From the NCBI GenBank assembly GCA_905182645.1, contig CAJJCJ010000014.1, positions 23,564-87,563 of the forward strand: a stretch of 64,000 nt of DNA, written 5' to 3'. Below the pieces are notes generated by a model that saw only the letters and a program-made list of their open reading frames with translations, had not been told where the DNA came from and ran no database searches. Every line of letters begins with the position of its first letter. Within the stretch, counting starts at the first letter, position 1. Positions 41,126 through 51,210 of this stretch are shown in pieces. The translations under genes and the position numbers were made by a program. Source of the stretch: an uncultured Sulfitobacter sp. (lineage in GTDB: Bacteria; Pseudomonadota; Alphaproteobacteria; Rhodobacterales; Rhodobacteraceae).

Positions 41126-41482
41126 ATGCGCCACCTCATCCTTGCGCTTACCTTGATCCTTACCCCCGCGATGGCGGTGGCCTATGAACGGGTCAGCAAC
41201 CAGCAATCGTTTGTTGCGCTGATATCAGGCAAAGCCCTGTCCAACCGATTTTATGGGGTCAGTCTGAACCTATCGCAAAATGGCAGCATCGCAGGCAAGG
41301 CTTGGGGGGCTAACATCACTGGCAACTGGGCATGGAACAATGGGTTCTTTTGTCGGGAAATGACATGGGGCGACTATTTCGTCGGCTACAACTGCCAACT
41401 AGTCGAAGTCCGCAGCGGCAACGAATTGCGGTTCACATCCGACCAAGGAACAGGTGACAACGCGTCGTTTAAGCTGCGCTAG
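41126..41482 (+). CDS. Exported hypothetical protein
   Basis: Signal peptide, SD AGGAG, GNWAWNNGFFCR...NCQ with paired Cys. Confidence 0.65.
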   Translation: MRHLILALTLILTPAMAVAYERVSNQQSFVALISGKALSNRFYGVSLNLSQNGSIAGKAWGANITGNWAWNNGFFCREMTWGDYFVGYNCQLVEVRSGNELRFTSDQGTGDNASFKLR

Positions 41483-41829
41483 GATCCGGCCCGCTGCTCA
41501 GCCAACGTCCGCCGGATCGTCAAACCAAGAAACACCAACGCCAAAAGCGTCGCAATTGTTGGTCCGACGCTTCCTGCTAAAACCAGAACCACCACCGAAA
41601 TCACAAATGTAATCGCCACGGCGCTTGCCCCGATCACGCGCGTCCGGACGAACATCATCATCAGACCACCAACCACTTGCACCGCGCCAAAAATAACAAG
41701 CAGTGGATTTGTGAAACCATATTCACCAAAGAACATCACGTCCTGCGGCACCAACATAATCTTGGTTACACCCGAAGAAACGGCCAAAAACACCAAAACG
41801 GCCAATGTAACGATCTGCGGTACTTTCAT
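41479..41829 (-). CDS. DoxX-like four-helix membrane protein
   Basis: Four hydrophobic segments, SGVTK, FGAVQVVGG. Confidence 0.55.
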   Translation of the reverse strand: MKVPQIVTLAVLVFLAVSSGVTKIMLVPQDVMFFGEYGFTNPLLVIFGAVQVVGGLMMMFVRTRVIGASAVAITFVISVVVLVLAGSVGPTIATLLALVFLGLTIRRTLAEQRAGS

Positions 41830-41960
41830 CTTCGCTATCCAATTAGTTTCACTGTGTAATCTTCTTTGGTCTACATTACTAACTGGCTTGGCCAAAGGGT
41901 GTAAAGTCACGCCAAAGGCAACGAACGGCGCGCCGTTCTGATACGCTTGGAGGCTAGACG

Positions 41961-42530
41961 ATGGATGAGGTGATATTTTTCACCAGCCAACAAGAGTTTA
42001 CTGATTGGCTAGAAAATCATGCTGACGCGCACGAACTTTGGGTGGGCTACTTCAGGAAAAGCACGGGGGGCGCAAGCCTGACGTGGTCGTCCTCAGTCGA
42101 TGTCGCACTTTGTTATGGCTGGATCGACGGAATCCGAAAAACCATTGACGATCAGAGCTATAAAATCCGATTTACGCCGCGCAAATTAAAAAGCGTGTGG
42201 AGCGCGGTGAACGTCAACAAGGTCAAGGAACTCATCCCTTTTTCATGATGAAACCAGTGGGACTGCACGTCAATAACAACCGCTCCGACATACAAGGCTA
42301 TACCTCTGACGACCAAAATGTACCCCTGTCCAGCGCATTCGAGGCGCAAATCAAGGCAAACCAAGCTGCTTGGCAATTCCTAACCAACTTAGCACCATCC
42401 TACAGACGTGATTCAATCTGGTGGGTCATGAGCACCAAGAAACAAGAAACCCAACTCAAAAGACTTGGCATATTGATTGCGTCATCTGAAGCAGGGATGA
42501 AAATACCAACACTGCGCAAAAAACTTAGAT
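41961..42530 (+). pseudogene. YdeI/OmpD-associated family protein, frameshifted
   Basis: N-half (WLENH...ALCYGWIDG...RFTPRK..SVWS.VN) ends at 42248. C-half (AWQFLTNLAPSYRR...WVMSTKKQETQLKRL) is in another frame. End coordinate is approximate. Confidence 0.7.
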
Positions 42531-42874
42531 TTTATCGACTGAGGACAACCTCTGCTGCACAACGCGCAAAAACCCGCTCTCCGTGTGATCTACTAATTGG
42601 ATCAATGTCCGGCTGGAGCCCAATTTGGTTTTCTCGCTGCATGTTCTCGCAGCGTGGAAAATACTGCGTCAGCGTAAAATTTGGTGCTGCTACGCGGCGG
42701 GAAAACCAGCCATTCGTGCAGAGTGTAGCAGGGATCGCATTCACAGAATGTTGCAGGTTTCTCGGAAACACTTGATGATGCACCAACGGCGAAGCCGACA
42801 TTAGTTTTTAGGCTATAATACGTCGTCAACGCTGTGTTGATGTTTGGGCAGGAGGGTTGGATGGAGAGCAAATC

Positions 42875-43507
42875 ATGCCAAGAGTTCAACTTCCCGCAGT
42901 CACCCCAAAACGAAGAGCCTAGAATAAGGGTCACCTCGTCGGGCAAAAGCGCCCGCTTCTACCCAAACAGGTCTGGGCCATCCGCGCTCGCCTCGAACTA
43001 GCGGGTAATCTCCGCGATCTCGCATTGTTCAACGTCGCAATAGATAGCAAGTTACGCGGTTGTGACTTGGTGTCACTGAAGGTCATTGACCTTCTCAGGG
43101 ACGACAGAATTCGTGAAAGAGTGTCCATCGTTCAAAATAAAACGAACAAGCCTGTCCAGTTTGAACTGGGTGAAAACACGCAAGAAACTGTGACCAACTG
43201 GATCAAGTCTGCGAAAATGATCGGATGCCAGTTCTTGTTTCCGAGCCGATTTCATGATCGACTTCACATCTCACCACGCCAGTATGGGCACTTGGTTCGG
43301 GATTGGGTTGTCTCGATTGGTTTGGAACCTAGTAGCTACGGCTCCCATTCTATGCGCCGAATGAAGGTGGCGGAAATTTATCACAAGACAGGCAACCTAC
43401 GTGCTGTTCAGCTTCTTCGTGGTCACACAAAAGTTGACAGCACCGTCAGATATTTGGGGGTCAAGCTCGAAGACGCGCTGAGCATTGCAGAAAGAATTGA
43501 TATCTGA
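42875..43507 (+). pseudogene. Tyrosine recombinase/integrase with a premature stop
   Basis: MPRVQLPAVTPKRRA*NKGHLVGQKRP: in-frame TAG at 42920-42922, where the family typically has W. Also AIDSKLRGCDLV, HSMRR, LRGH and TVRY catalytic motifs. Confidence 0.8.
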
Positions 43508-43675
43508 GAATTCTGCCGAACGGTTGGAGCCGTTCGTCATTTAGAAGCGGTCGTGATCGTTTGATACTTCCTACAGCAGCGCTGAGCCCATAGGATAGAT
43601 TTGCTATGTCGCAGCGAAGGTCCAGTTTCGGGGACGCTGATGAATTGGTATATTTCGATGAATTTCTCGCAAAAT

Positions 43676-44548
43676 TCAGATGAATTTTCTGAATAACTTC
43701 GTCTGATCGAACATGTCTTCCAGCGTTTCAATCCGCTCTTTGGTTTTGTCCCAGTTTAGATTTTGAACAGAAGAGATCATCGTTTCAATCAAGAGCATCG
43801 TCGTGGTCGCAGAGTCCCAAGCGGAAGGGACTATAATGCGGCAACTCAGACTTATGTCCGCCAAATGGTGAACTGGTGATCGCCATTGGTCCGTAAACAA
43901 TATGATCTTGGCGCCGCGTGCGCGCGCCATTTCAGCCAGTTTCAGGGTGTTATTTTCGTATCTACGGACATCAAAGATAACAAAGACGTCCCCATCTTTG
44001 GCGTTCAAAAGGTAATGCGGCCAAGTATTTGAGGTAGATTGCACATGCGTCACGTCCGCGCGGATGACCTGCATATGCATAAAGAAATACTCGGCCAATG
44101 TATGCGTGATGCGCCCACCAACAATATACAAGTGGCTTGCCTGGTTCGCCACAAGGTCACAGGCGTCATCAAATGCTTTGGGATCAATCTGCCCGAGGGT
44201 GAGGCGAATGTTGTCGATGACCGCGTCCGTGAACCGGTTCAAAAGATGTTCAGACGGTGCTCCATCTGCCCATGTATCGTGTTTAGCTATTGGGCCTTTA
44301 ACCTTTGCGCGCAATTCTTCGCGCAGTTCAGCCTGAAAGTCGGGATACCCTTTGAACCCCAGTTTTTGCACCATACGTGCAACCGTTGGCGCAGACACAT
44401 TCGCGTCCTTCGCCAATACGGCCAATGAGCCAAGACCAGATGCAGGGTAGTTTTCAAGAATCGAGAGCGCCAATTGCCGCTCAGCACGTGTCAAATTATC
44501 AAGCTCTTGCTGGATACGATCAGAAATTGTTTGCAACGCTTGGCTCAT
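43676..44548 (-). CDS. MurR/RpiR family transcriptional regulator
   Basis: LTRAERQLA, VSAPTVARMVQKLGFKGY HTH plus SIS domain; divergent from the catabolic operon. Confidence 0.9.
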   Translation of the reverse strand: MSQALQTISDRIQQELDNLTRAERQLALSILENYPASGLGSLAVLAKDANVSAPTVARMVQKLGFKGYPDFQAELREELRAKVKGPIAKHDTWADGAPSEHLLNRFTDAVIDNIRLTLGQIDPKAFDDACDLVANQASHLYIVGGRITHTLAEYFFMHMQVIRADVTHVQSTSNTWPHYLLNAKDGDVFVIFDVRRYENNTLKLAEMARARGAKIILFTDQWRSPVHHLADISLSCRIIVPSAWDSATTTMLLIETMISSVQNLNWDKTKERIETLEDMFDQTKLFRKFI

Positions 44549-44562
44549 CTCACTCTCCATTT

Positions 44563-44609
44563 TGTTTTTTTTATAACAAGAAGTTTGACTCTGTAATATT
44601 TTATAACAA
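44563..44609. promoter_or_regulatory. Tandem candidate operator sites for the RpiR regulator
   Basis: TTATAACAA at 44571-44579 and 44601-44609, 30 bp apart, each within a TGT...ACA dyad. TTGACA at 44615-44620 follows. Confidence 0.45.
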
Positions 44610-44661
44610 AAACATTGACAATCATCGTCTATCAGAAGCACCATTAGATCAAGGAGTTTGC

Positions 44662-45441
44662 ATGACACGCGTACCAACCACATCGACAGAAGGCTATGTA
44701 TCAGTCCTCAACCCAATGGGAAAATCTCCCGTTGTTGTGGTTTGTGAACATGCGAGTAACTTCATTCCGAGCGTGTATAACGGCCTTGGCTTGGCTGGCG
44801 GTGCTTTGGAAAGCCATGCTGCTTGGGATCCAGGCGCGCTTCCCGTCGCCATGGGTTTGTCGGACCTTTTGAACGCAAAACTTGTTGCTTCCCGCGTGTC
44901 CCGCCTTGTCTACGATTGCAATCGTCCTCCTTCAGCACCGGATGCCATGCCGCACCAAAGCGAGGCTATCAGGGTTCCCGGGAACGTGGGTCTAACCTCG
45001 GCGCAACGGCAGGACCGTGTTGATGAATTTTATGAGCCGTTTCGGGCGACCCTTGCTGAGGCGATTACCGCAACATCCACGCCGGTTATTGTGACGATAC
45101 ACAGCTTTACGCCAACCTATCACGGCAGGAGAAGATCCGTCGAAATTGGCGTTTTGCACGACACTGACGCGCGGCTTGCCGATGTCATGCTTGAGACAGC
45201 CTCCCAATTTACTGATACTTTGGTCTTACGGAATGATCCCTACGGGCCAGAGCATGGTGTCACGCATACGCTAAAAGAACACGCACTTGCGAACGGGCAT
45301 TTGAATGTGATGTTAGAAGTACGCAACGACCTCGTTCAAGACGCCCAACAGCAAGACGATATGGCCGATTGCATTGCCAGTTGGTTGGAGGACGCACTTG
45401 TCCGCCTAAGTGTTGAAGGGGCCGTCACATGTCAGGTGTGA
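44662..45441 (+). CDS. N-formylglutamate amidohydrolase family protein
   Basis: VCEHASN, HAAWDPGA, SRLVYDCNRP, TIHSFTP, MLEVRNDL. Confidence 0.88.
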   Translation: MTRVPTTSTEGYVSVLNPMGKSPVVVVCEHASNFIPSVYNGLGLAGGALESHAAWDPGALPVAMGLSDLLNAKLVASRVSRLVYDCNRPPSAPDAMPHQSEAIRVPGNVGLTSAQRQDRVDEFYEPFRATLAEAITATSTPVIVTIHSFTPTYHGRRRSVEIGVLHDTDARLADVMLETASQFTDTLVLRNDPYGPEHGVTHTLKEHALANGHLNVMLEVRNDLVQDAQQQDDMADCIASWLEDALVRLSVEGAVTCQV

Positions 45442-45998
45442 TGCTCGGATTTATACGCACAGTCGATGCCGTGAATTACCGCATTGGTCGTGTCGCAATG
45501 TACGGCATTTTTGTTCTCATGAGCATTTTGCTGTGGTCGTCGATCAGCAAGACGTTCTTCTTGCCGACGCTGTGGACGCTTGAGATGGCGCAGTTTGTAA
45601 TGGTTGCCTATTACATTCTGGGTGGTCCCTATTCGATCCAACTTGGGTCCAACGTACGGATGGATTTGCTGTACGGCGAATGGAGCCTGCGCAAGAAGGC
45701 GTGGTTTGATTTGTTCACTGTGCTGTTCCTGATCTTTTATCTCTGCGTCTTGCTTTACGGTGCTGTCAGCTCAACCGCCTATTCGCTGGGATACTGGGGA
45801 ACCGAGCCGTTTTCATACTTTGGCGGGCTAGTCACCGGAACCGAAGAGGTCGGGCGATTGGAACGATCATCAACCGCATGGCGTCCCTACATGTGGCCAA
45901 TCAAAGCAATTATGATTTTAGGAATGTTCCTGATGCTACTGCAATGTATCTCAGAACTGTTCAAAGACGTGTTACGTCTCAAAGGTGAAACTGTCTGA
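45429..45998 (+). CDS. TRAP transporter small permease (DctQ)
   Basis: Four TM segments, WTLEMAQF, VRMDLLY. Confidence 0.88.
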   Translation: MSGVMLGFIRTVDAVNYRIGRVAMYGIFVLMSILLWSSISKTFFLPTLWTLEMAQFVMVAYYILGGPYSIQLGSNVRMDLLYGEWSLRKKAWFDLFTVLFLIFYLCVLLYGAVSSTAYSLGYWGTEPFSYFGGLVTGTEEVGRLERSSTAWRPYMWPIKAIMILGMFLMLLQCISELFKDVLRLKGETV

Positions 45999-47326
45999 TG
46001 TCGTATGAATTAATAGCTACACTGATGTTTTCTTCCATGATGCTGATGCTGCTGACCGGACAACGCGTATTCGGGGCAATTGGGTTTATTGCTGTGATCG
46101 CCGCATTGTTGCTTTGGGGTGACAAAGGCGGCTTTGACATCGGATTTTCGGCAGCCATGAAGCTGATGAAATGGTATCCTCTGCTGACGTTGCCGATGTT
46201 TATTTTCATGGGCTACGTGCTGTCTGAAAGTAAGATCGCGGACGATCTTTATAAGATGTTCCATGTTTGGATGGGTGGCCTGCGAGGCGGTCTCGCGATT
46301 GGCACAATTGGGTTGATGGTTCTTATTTCCGCCATGAACGGGCTGAGTGTTGCGGGTATGGCCATCGGGTCCACCATCGCGCTCCCTGAACTTCTAAAAC
46401 GCGGCTACGACAAACGAATGGTCACGGGCGTGATCCAAGCGGGGTCCAGTTTGGGCATCCTTGTGCCGCCATCCGTGGTGCTTGTCTTATACGCGATGAT
46501 CGCGCGTCAACCCGTCGGGCAGCTGTGGTTGGCAGGGGTCGTTCCCGGCCTGATGATGGCTAGTTTGTTCGTCATCTATATCATCGTGCGCTGCCGCATT
46601 AACCCGACCCTCGGGCCCGTACTACCGTTAGAAGAACGTGATATTCCGCGCGCTGAAAAGCTGCGCCTGTTGCGGGCTGGCTTGCTGCCAATCGGTATCT
46701 TTGCCGTCATGATGGTGCCATTTGTAAACGGTTGGACATCGCTTGTCGAAAGCTCGGCCATTGGTGCGATTGCTGCGTTTGTCGCCGCTGTCCTTAAGGG
46801 GCGGATGAACCGCGAAGTGTTTGAAAACTCTGTGCGCAATACGCTTGGCATCACGTGTATGTTCATGTGGATTATTCTGGCTGCCCTGGCCTTTGGCGCG
46901 GTGTTTGACGGGCTGGGCGCCGTTAAGGCGATCGAAACCCTGTTCACAGACCGATTGAGCCTGAGCCCTTGGACGATCCTAATCTTGATGCAACTCAGCT
47001 TCATCCTGATGGGAACGTTCCTTGATGACACTGCGATGCTTGTGATCGTCGCGCCACTTTATGTGCCGCTTGTCGGGGAACTGGGTTTCGATCTGATCTG
47101 GTACGGGATTTTGTACACGATCACGACGCAGATCGCATATATGACACCGCCCTTCGGGTATAATCTGTTCTTGATGCGGGCAATGGCCCCGCCTGAAATC
47201 TCGCTACGCGACATCTATTCTTCCATCACGCCTTTTGTGCTCATCATGGTCTTTGCTCTTATCTTGATCATGGCCTTCCCTGGCATCGCAACTTGGCTTC
47301 CTGATTACGTTTACAACAAACCCTAA
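45998..47326 (+). CDS. TRAP transporter large permease (DctM)
   Basis: LPMFIFMG, LGILVPPS, TPPFGYNLF. Confidence 0.92.
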   Translation: MSYELIATLMFSSMMLMLLTGQRVFGAIGFIAVIAALLLWGDKGGFDIGFSAAMKLMKWYPLLTLPMFIFMGYVLSESKIADDLYKMFHVWMGGLRGGLAIGTIGLMVLISAMNGLSVAGMAIGSTIALPELLKRGYDKRMVTGVIQAGSSLGILVPPSVVLVLYAMIARQPVGQLWLAGVVPGLMMASLFVIYIIVRCRINPTLGPVLPLEERDIPRAEKLRLLRAGLLPIGIFAVMMVPFVNGWTSLVESSAIGAIAAFVAAVLKGRMNREVFENSVRNTLGITCMFMWIILAALAFGAVFDGLGAVKAIETLFTDRLSLSPWTILILMQLSFILMGTFLDDTAMLVIVAPLYVPLVGELGFDLIWYGILYTITTQIAYMTPPFGYNLFLMRAMAPPEISLRDIYSSITPFVLIMVFALILIMAFPGIATWLPDYVYNKP

Positions 47327-47376
47327 AAGAACTGCCAAAAAGGCGGTCGAATCTAAACCAACCAAGGAGAGAAAAC

Positions 47377-48408
47377 ATGACTTCAAGACGTAAGTTTATC
47401 CAAGGAGCCGCTGTGATACCGGCTGCAGCAATGGCAACACCAGCATTGGCGCAAAGCACAATCAAATGGCGGATGCAGACCTATGCGGGTTCCGCACTGG
47501 CCGCAGAGGTGATTGTGCCTGCGATTGAAATGTTCAACAAAATTGCGGGCGACCGCATGCAGATCGAACTGTTCTTTGCCGACCAACTGGTCCCGACGGG
47601 CGAATTGTTCCAAGCGATGCAGCGCGGCACAATCGATGCGGTTCAGTCTGACGACGATTCAATGGCATCCCCAACAGACGTCACTGTCTTTGGCGGCTAT
47701 TTCCCATTCGGCTCACGCTACTCGCTCGACGTGCCAGTGTTGTTCAACCAATATGGCCTGAACGAAATCTGGGACGAAGAATATTCCAAAGTTGGCGTGA
47801 AACACATCTCTGCCGGTGCTTGGGATCCTTGCCACTTTGCAACCAAAGACCCAATTCGCAGCCTTGAAGACCTTAAGGGCAAGAAAATCTTCACCTTCCC
47901 AACCGCCGGTCGCTTCCTGACACAGTTTGGCGTTGTTCCTGTAACGCTGCCTTGGGAAGACATCGAAGTTGCGCTTCAAACAGGCGAGCTTGACGGCGTT
48001 GCATGGTCTGGCATCACAGAAGACTACACTGTTGGCTGGGCTGACGTGACCAACTACTTCCTGACCAACAACATCTCTGGTGCATGGGCTGGTTCGTTCT
48101 TTGCCAACATGGATCGCTGGAACGAATTGCCAGAAGATCTGCAAACGCTGTTCCGCGTCTGCTGTGACCAATCACACTACTATCGTCAGTGGTGGTATTG
48201 GGGTGGTGAAGCCGCATTGCGCGTCAACGGACCGAAGATGGAATTGACAACAATCCCTGACGAAGAATGGGCAACCGTTGAAGCCGCAGCCGTTGATTTC
48301 TGGGAAGAAATTGCAGCTGAGTCTGATGTGAAACGCCGCGTCGTCGATATCTTCAAGAAATACAACGCTGATATGGTTAAGGCTGGTCGCCCATACCGTT
48401 ACGGCTAA
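47377..48408 (+). CDS. TRAP transporter substrate-binding protein (DctP), Tat-exported
   Basis: SRRKFI twin-arginine signal, KWRMQT, ALQTGELDG. Confidence 0.9.
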   Translation: MTSRRKFIQGAAVIPAAAMATPALAQSTIKWRMQTYAGSALAAEVIVPAIEMFNKIAGDRMQIELFFADQLVPTGELFQAMQRGTIDAVQSDDDSMASPTDVTVFGGYFPFGSRYSLDVPVLFNQYGLNEIWDEEYSKVGVKHISAGAWDPCHFATKDPIRSLEDLKGKKIFTFPTAGRFLTQFGVVPVTLPWEDIEVALQTGELDGVAWSGITEDYTVGWADVTNYFLTNNISGAWAGSFFANMDRWNELPEDLQTLFRVCCDQSHYYRQWWYWGGEAALRVNGPKMELTTIPDEEWATVEAAAVDFWEEIAAESDVKRRVVDIFKKYNADMVKAGRPYRYG

Positions 48409-48414
48409 ATGCCC

Positions 48415-48443
48415 ATTGGAGGCCGTTTCGCGCGGCCTCCAAT
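48415..48443 (+). other. Intra-operon 11-bp hairpin after the binding-protein gene (mRNA stabiliser or weak terminator)
   Basis: ATTGGAGGCCG-tttcgcg-CGGCCTCCAAT with no T-run. Confidence 0.55.
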
Positions 48444-48465
48444 ACCAACTCAAAATGGATAGAAC

Positions 48466-49827
48466 ATGCCCGGACCTATGACATTTGAAGACCTGAAATC
48501 CCAAGTTGCTGACGGATCAATTGATACCGTCCTTACCTGCTTTGTTGATATGCAGGGCCGGTTGATGGGCAAGCGGTTCCATGCACAGGCTTTTGTAGAA
48601 AGCGGCCATGAAGAAACCCATTGCTGCACATATCTGCTTGCCACTGATCTAGAGATGGCCACGCCTGATGGCTATGCCTCAACCAGTTGGGAACAGGGAT
48701 ATGGCGATTACACCATGAAGCCTGATCTAAGCACATTGCACCCTGTCCCTTGGTTAGAGGGCACGGCGATGGTGCTGTGCGATATGATGGATCATCACGG
48801 CAATCCAATCACCCATTCCCCGCGGGCTATGCTGCGCAAACAGATCGCGCGCCTTGCCGAGATGGGTTTCACCTCCATAATGGCGACCGAATTAGAATTC
48901 TTCCTGTTTGAAAAGAGCTTTAGCGAAATTTCAAAAGGCGGGTTTCGTGATCTGACACCGATCAGCGCCTACAACGAAGATTATCATATTCTTCAAACCA
49001 CCAAAGAAGAGAACGTGATGCGCCCCCTGCGCAACCATCTTTATGCAATGGGCATACCCATTGAGGGCTCCAAGGGTGAGGCAGAGGCCGGGCAAGAAGA
49101 GCTGAACATCAAATACGCCGAGGCCTTGGCCTGTGCGGATCATCATTCAATCTCAAAACACGCCGTAAAAGAGATCGCTTGGCAGCAAGGCCATGCAGCG
49201 ACGTTTTTGCCTAAGTGGGACAAGGACCGCGTCGGATCATCCAGCCACGTGCATCAGTCCCTTTGGAAAGACGGTAAACCCGCGTTTTTTGATGCTGCCC
49301 GTCCCCATGGAAAATCCGAACTGATGGATCAGTACATGGCGGGCCTGATCAAATATGCCGCTGAATACACTTATTTCATGGCCCCCTACGTCAACAGCTA
49401 TAAACGTTTTGCAAAAGGCAGTTTCGCGCCAACACGCATCATTTGGGCCGTCGACAATCGCACCGCCGCCTACCGTTTGTGCGGGGAAGGCAGCAAAGCG
49501 ATTCGCGTTGAATGCCGGATACCGGGGTCTGATATGAACCCATACCTTGCGCAGGCTGCGATGCTGGCTGCAGGTATTAAAGGGATCGAAGAGAAATTGT
49601 CCCTGCCGCCTGTTTTTGTAGGCGATGCCTATGAGGACAAAATGTCAGAGCATATTCCGCGAAATTTGCGTGACGCGAAAGATGCATTGCATGGATCAGA
49701 CATGCTGCGCGAGGCGTTTGGCGACGATGTCGTCGATCACTACACCCGCGCCGCAGAATGGGAACAAGAAGAATTTGACCGTACAGTGACCGATTGGGAA
49801 ATCGCACGCGGTTTTGAAAGGGCCTAA
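48466..49827 (+). CDS. Glutamine synthetase-like gamma-glutamyl-amine ligase
   Basis: DMQGRLMGKR, TELEFFLF, GQEELN, HVHQSL, NSYKRF, DNRT, RVECRIPGSDMNPY. Confidence 0.9.
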   Translation: MPGPMTFEDLKSQVADGSIDTVLTCFVDMQGRLMGKRFHAQAFVESGHEETHCCTYLLATDLEMATPDGYASTSWEQGYGDYTMKPDLSTLHPVPWLEGTAMVLCDMMDHHGNPITHSPRAMLRKQIARLAEMGFTSIMATELEFFLFEKSFSEISKGGFRDLTPISAYNEDYHILQTTKEENVMRPLRNHLYAMGIPIEGSKGEAEAGQEELNIKYAEALACADHHSISKHAVKEIAWQQGHAATFLPKWDKDRVGSSSHVHQSLWKDGKPAFFDAARPHGKSELMDQYMAGLIKYAAEYTYFMAPYVNSYKRFAKGSFAPTRIIWAVDNRTAAYRLCGEGSKAIRVECRIPGSDMNPYLAQAAMLAAGIKGIEEKLSLPPVFVGDAYEDKMSEHIPRNLRDAKDALHGSDMLREAFGDDVVDHYTRAAEWEQEEFDRTVTDWEIARGFERA

Positions 49828-49832
49828 TTTCA

Positions 49833-51206
49833 ATGACTATCACCTGTATCTCCCCTATTGATGGGTCCGTTTACGCAACGCGTGAGGTTCTATCCCGCGC
49901 AGACGCGGACGCCGCAGTAACACGGGCAAAAACCGCCCAATCCGAATGGGCTGCACGCCCCTTGGCTGAACGGATCGCACTGGTGCAAGCCGGTGTTGCA
50001 GCCGTGGGCGCCATGAACGGCGACATCGTGCCAGAGATTGCATGGCAAATGGGCCGTCCCGTCCGGTATGGCGGCGAATTTGGCGGTTTCAACGAACGCG
50101 CCAGCTACATGGCAGACATCGCAGTCGAGGCATTGGCCCCGATTGTCGTTGAAGACAGCGACGCCTTTCGCCGCGTTATCAAACATGTGCCACACGGGTT
50201 GGTCTTGGTCGTCGCTCCCTGGAACTATCCTTATATGACAGCCATCAACACGGTCGCCCCTGCCCTGATCGCAGGCAACGCAGTGATGCTGAAACACGCC
50301 TCACAAACACCACTGGTTGGCGAACGTATGGCAGCGGCTTTCCATTCCGTTGGCGTCCCTGAAGACGTGTTCCAAAACGTATTCCTTGATCACGCAACAA
50401 CATCCGGCCTGATCGCTGACCGCGCCTTTGGCTTTGTGAATTTCACCGGCTCTGTTGACGGCGGCAAAGCGATGGAGGCTGCGGCCTCTGGAACATTCAC
50501 CGGCATCGGGCTTGAGCTGGGCGGCAAAGACCCCGGTTATGTCATGGAAGACGCCAATTTGGACGCAGCCGTTGATACGTTGATTGATGGTGCCATGTTC
50601 AACTCCGGCCAATGCTGCTGTGGGATCGAACGGATTTATGTCCATGAAAGCCTGTTCAACGCCTTTGTCGAAAAAGCCGTGGCGATTGTGAACGGTTACA
50701 AGCTCGGCAACCCATTGAATACTGAAACAACAATTGGCCCAATGGCGCATGTCCGTTTCGCAGATGAAGTGCGCGCACAAACAGCCGAAGCAATTGCAGA
50801 TGGTGCCCGGGCCCACATCGATCCGGCCAATTTTCCAGAAGACGGCGGTGCCTACCTCATGCCGCAGATTCTGACAAACGTGACCCACGACATGCGCGTC
50901 ATGCGCGAGGAGAGCTTTGGTCCCGTTGTTGGCATTATGTCAGTCAATTCTGACGCCGAAGCCATCGCCTTGATGAACGACAGTGATTTTGGCCTGACCG
51001 CATCGCTGTGGACCCAAGATAGCGCGCGCGCCGAAGCCATCGCTGATCAGATCGAAACGGGCACCGTGTTTATGAACCGTGCCGATTACCTTGATCCGGG
51101 CCTGTGCTGGACTGGGTGCAAAAACACCGGTCGCGGTGGTGGTCTGTCTGTTATCGGCTATCACAATCTGACACGTCCTAAATCTTACCACATGAAGAAA
51201 GCTTAA
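49833..51206 (+). CDS. Aldehyde dehydrogenase
   Basis: PWNYP, FTGS, LELGGKDP, FNSGQCC, EESFGP. Confidence 0.93.
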   Translation: MTITCISPIDGSVYATREVLSRADADAAVTRAKTAQSEWAARPLAERIALVQAGVAAVGAMNGDIVPEIAWQMGRPVRYGGEFGGFNERASYMADIAVEALAPIVVEDSDAFRRVIKHVPHGLVLVVAPWNYPYMTAINTVAPALIAGNAVMLKHASQTPLVGERMAAAFHSVGVPEDVFQNVFLDHATTSGLIADRAFGFVNFTGSVDGGKAMEAAASGTFTGIGLELGGKDPGYVMEDANLDAAVDTLIDGAMFNSGQCCCGIERIYVHESLFNAFVEKAVAIVNGYKLGNPLNTETTIGPMAHVRFADEVRAQTAEAIADGARAHIDPANFPEDGGAYLMPQILTNVTHDMRVMREESFGPVVGIMSVNSDAEAIALMNDSDFGLTASLWTQDSARAEAIADQIETGTVFMNRADYLDPGLCWTGCKNTGRGGGLSVIGYHNLTRPKSYHMKKA

Positions 51207-51210
51207 ACCC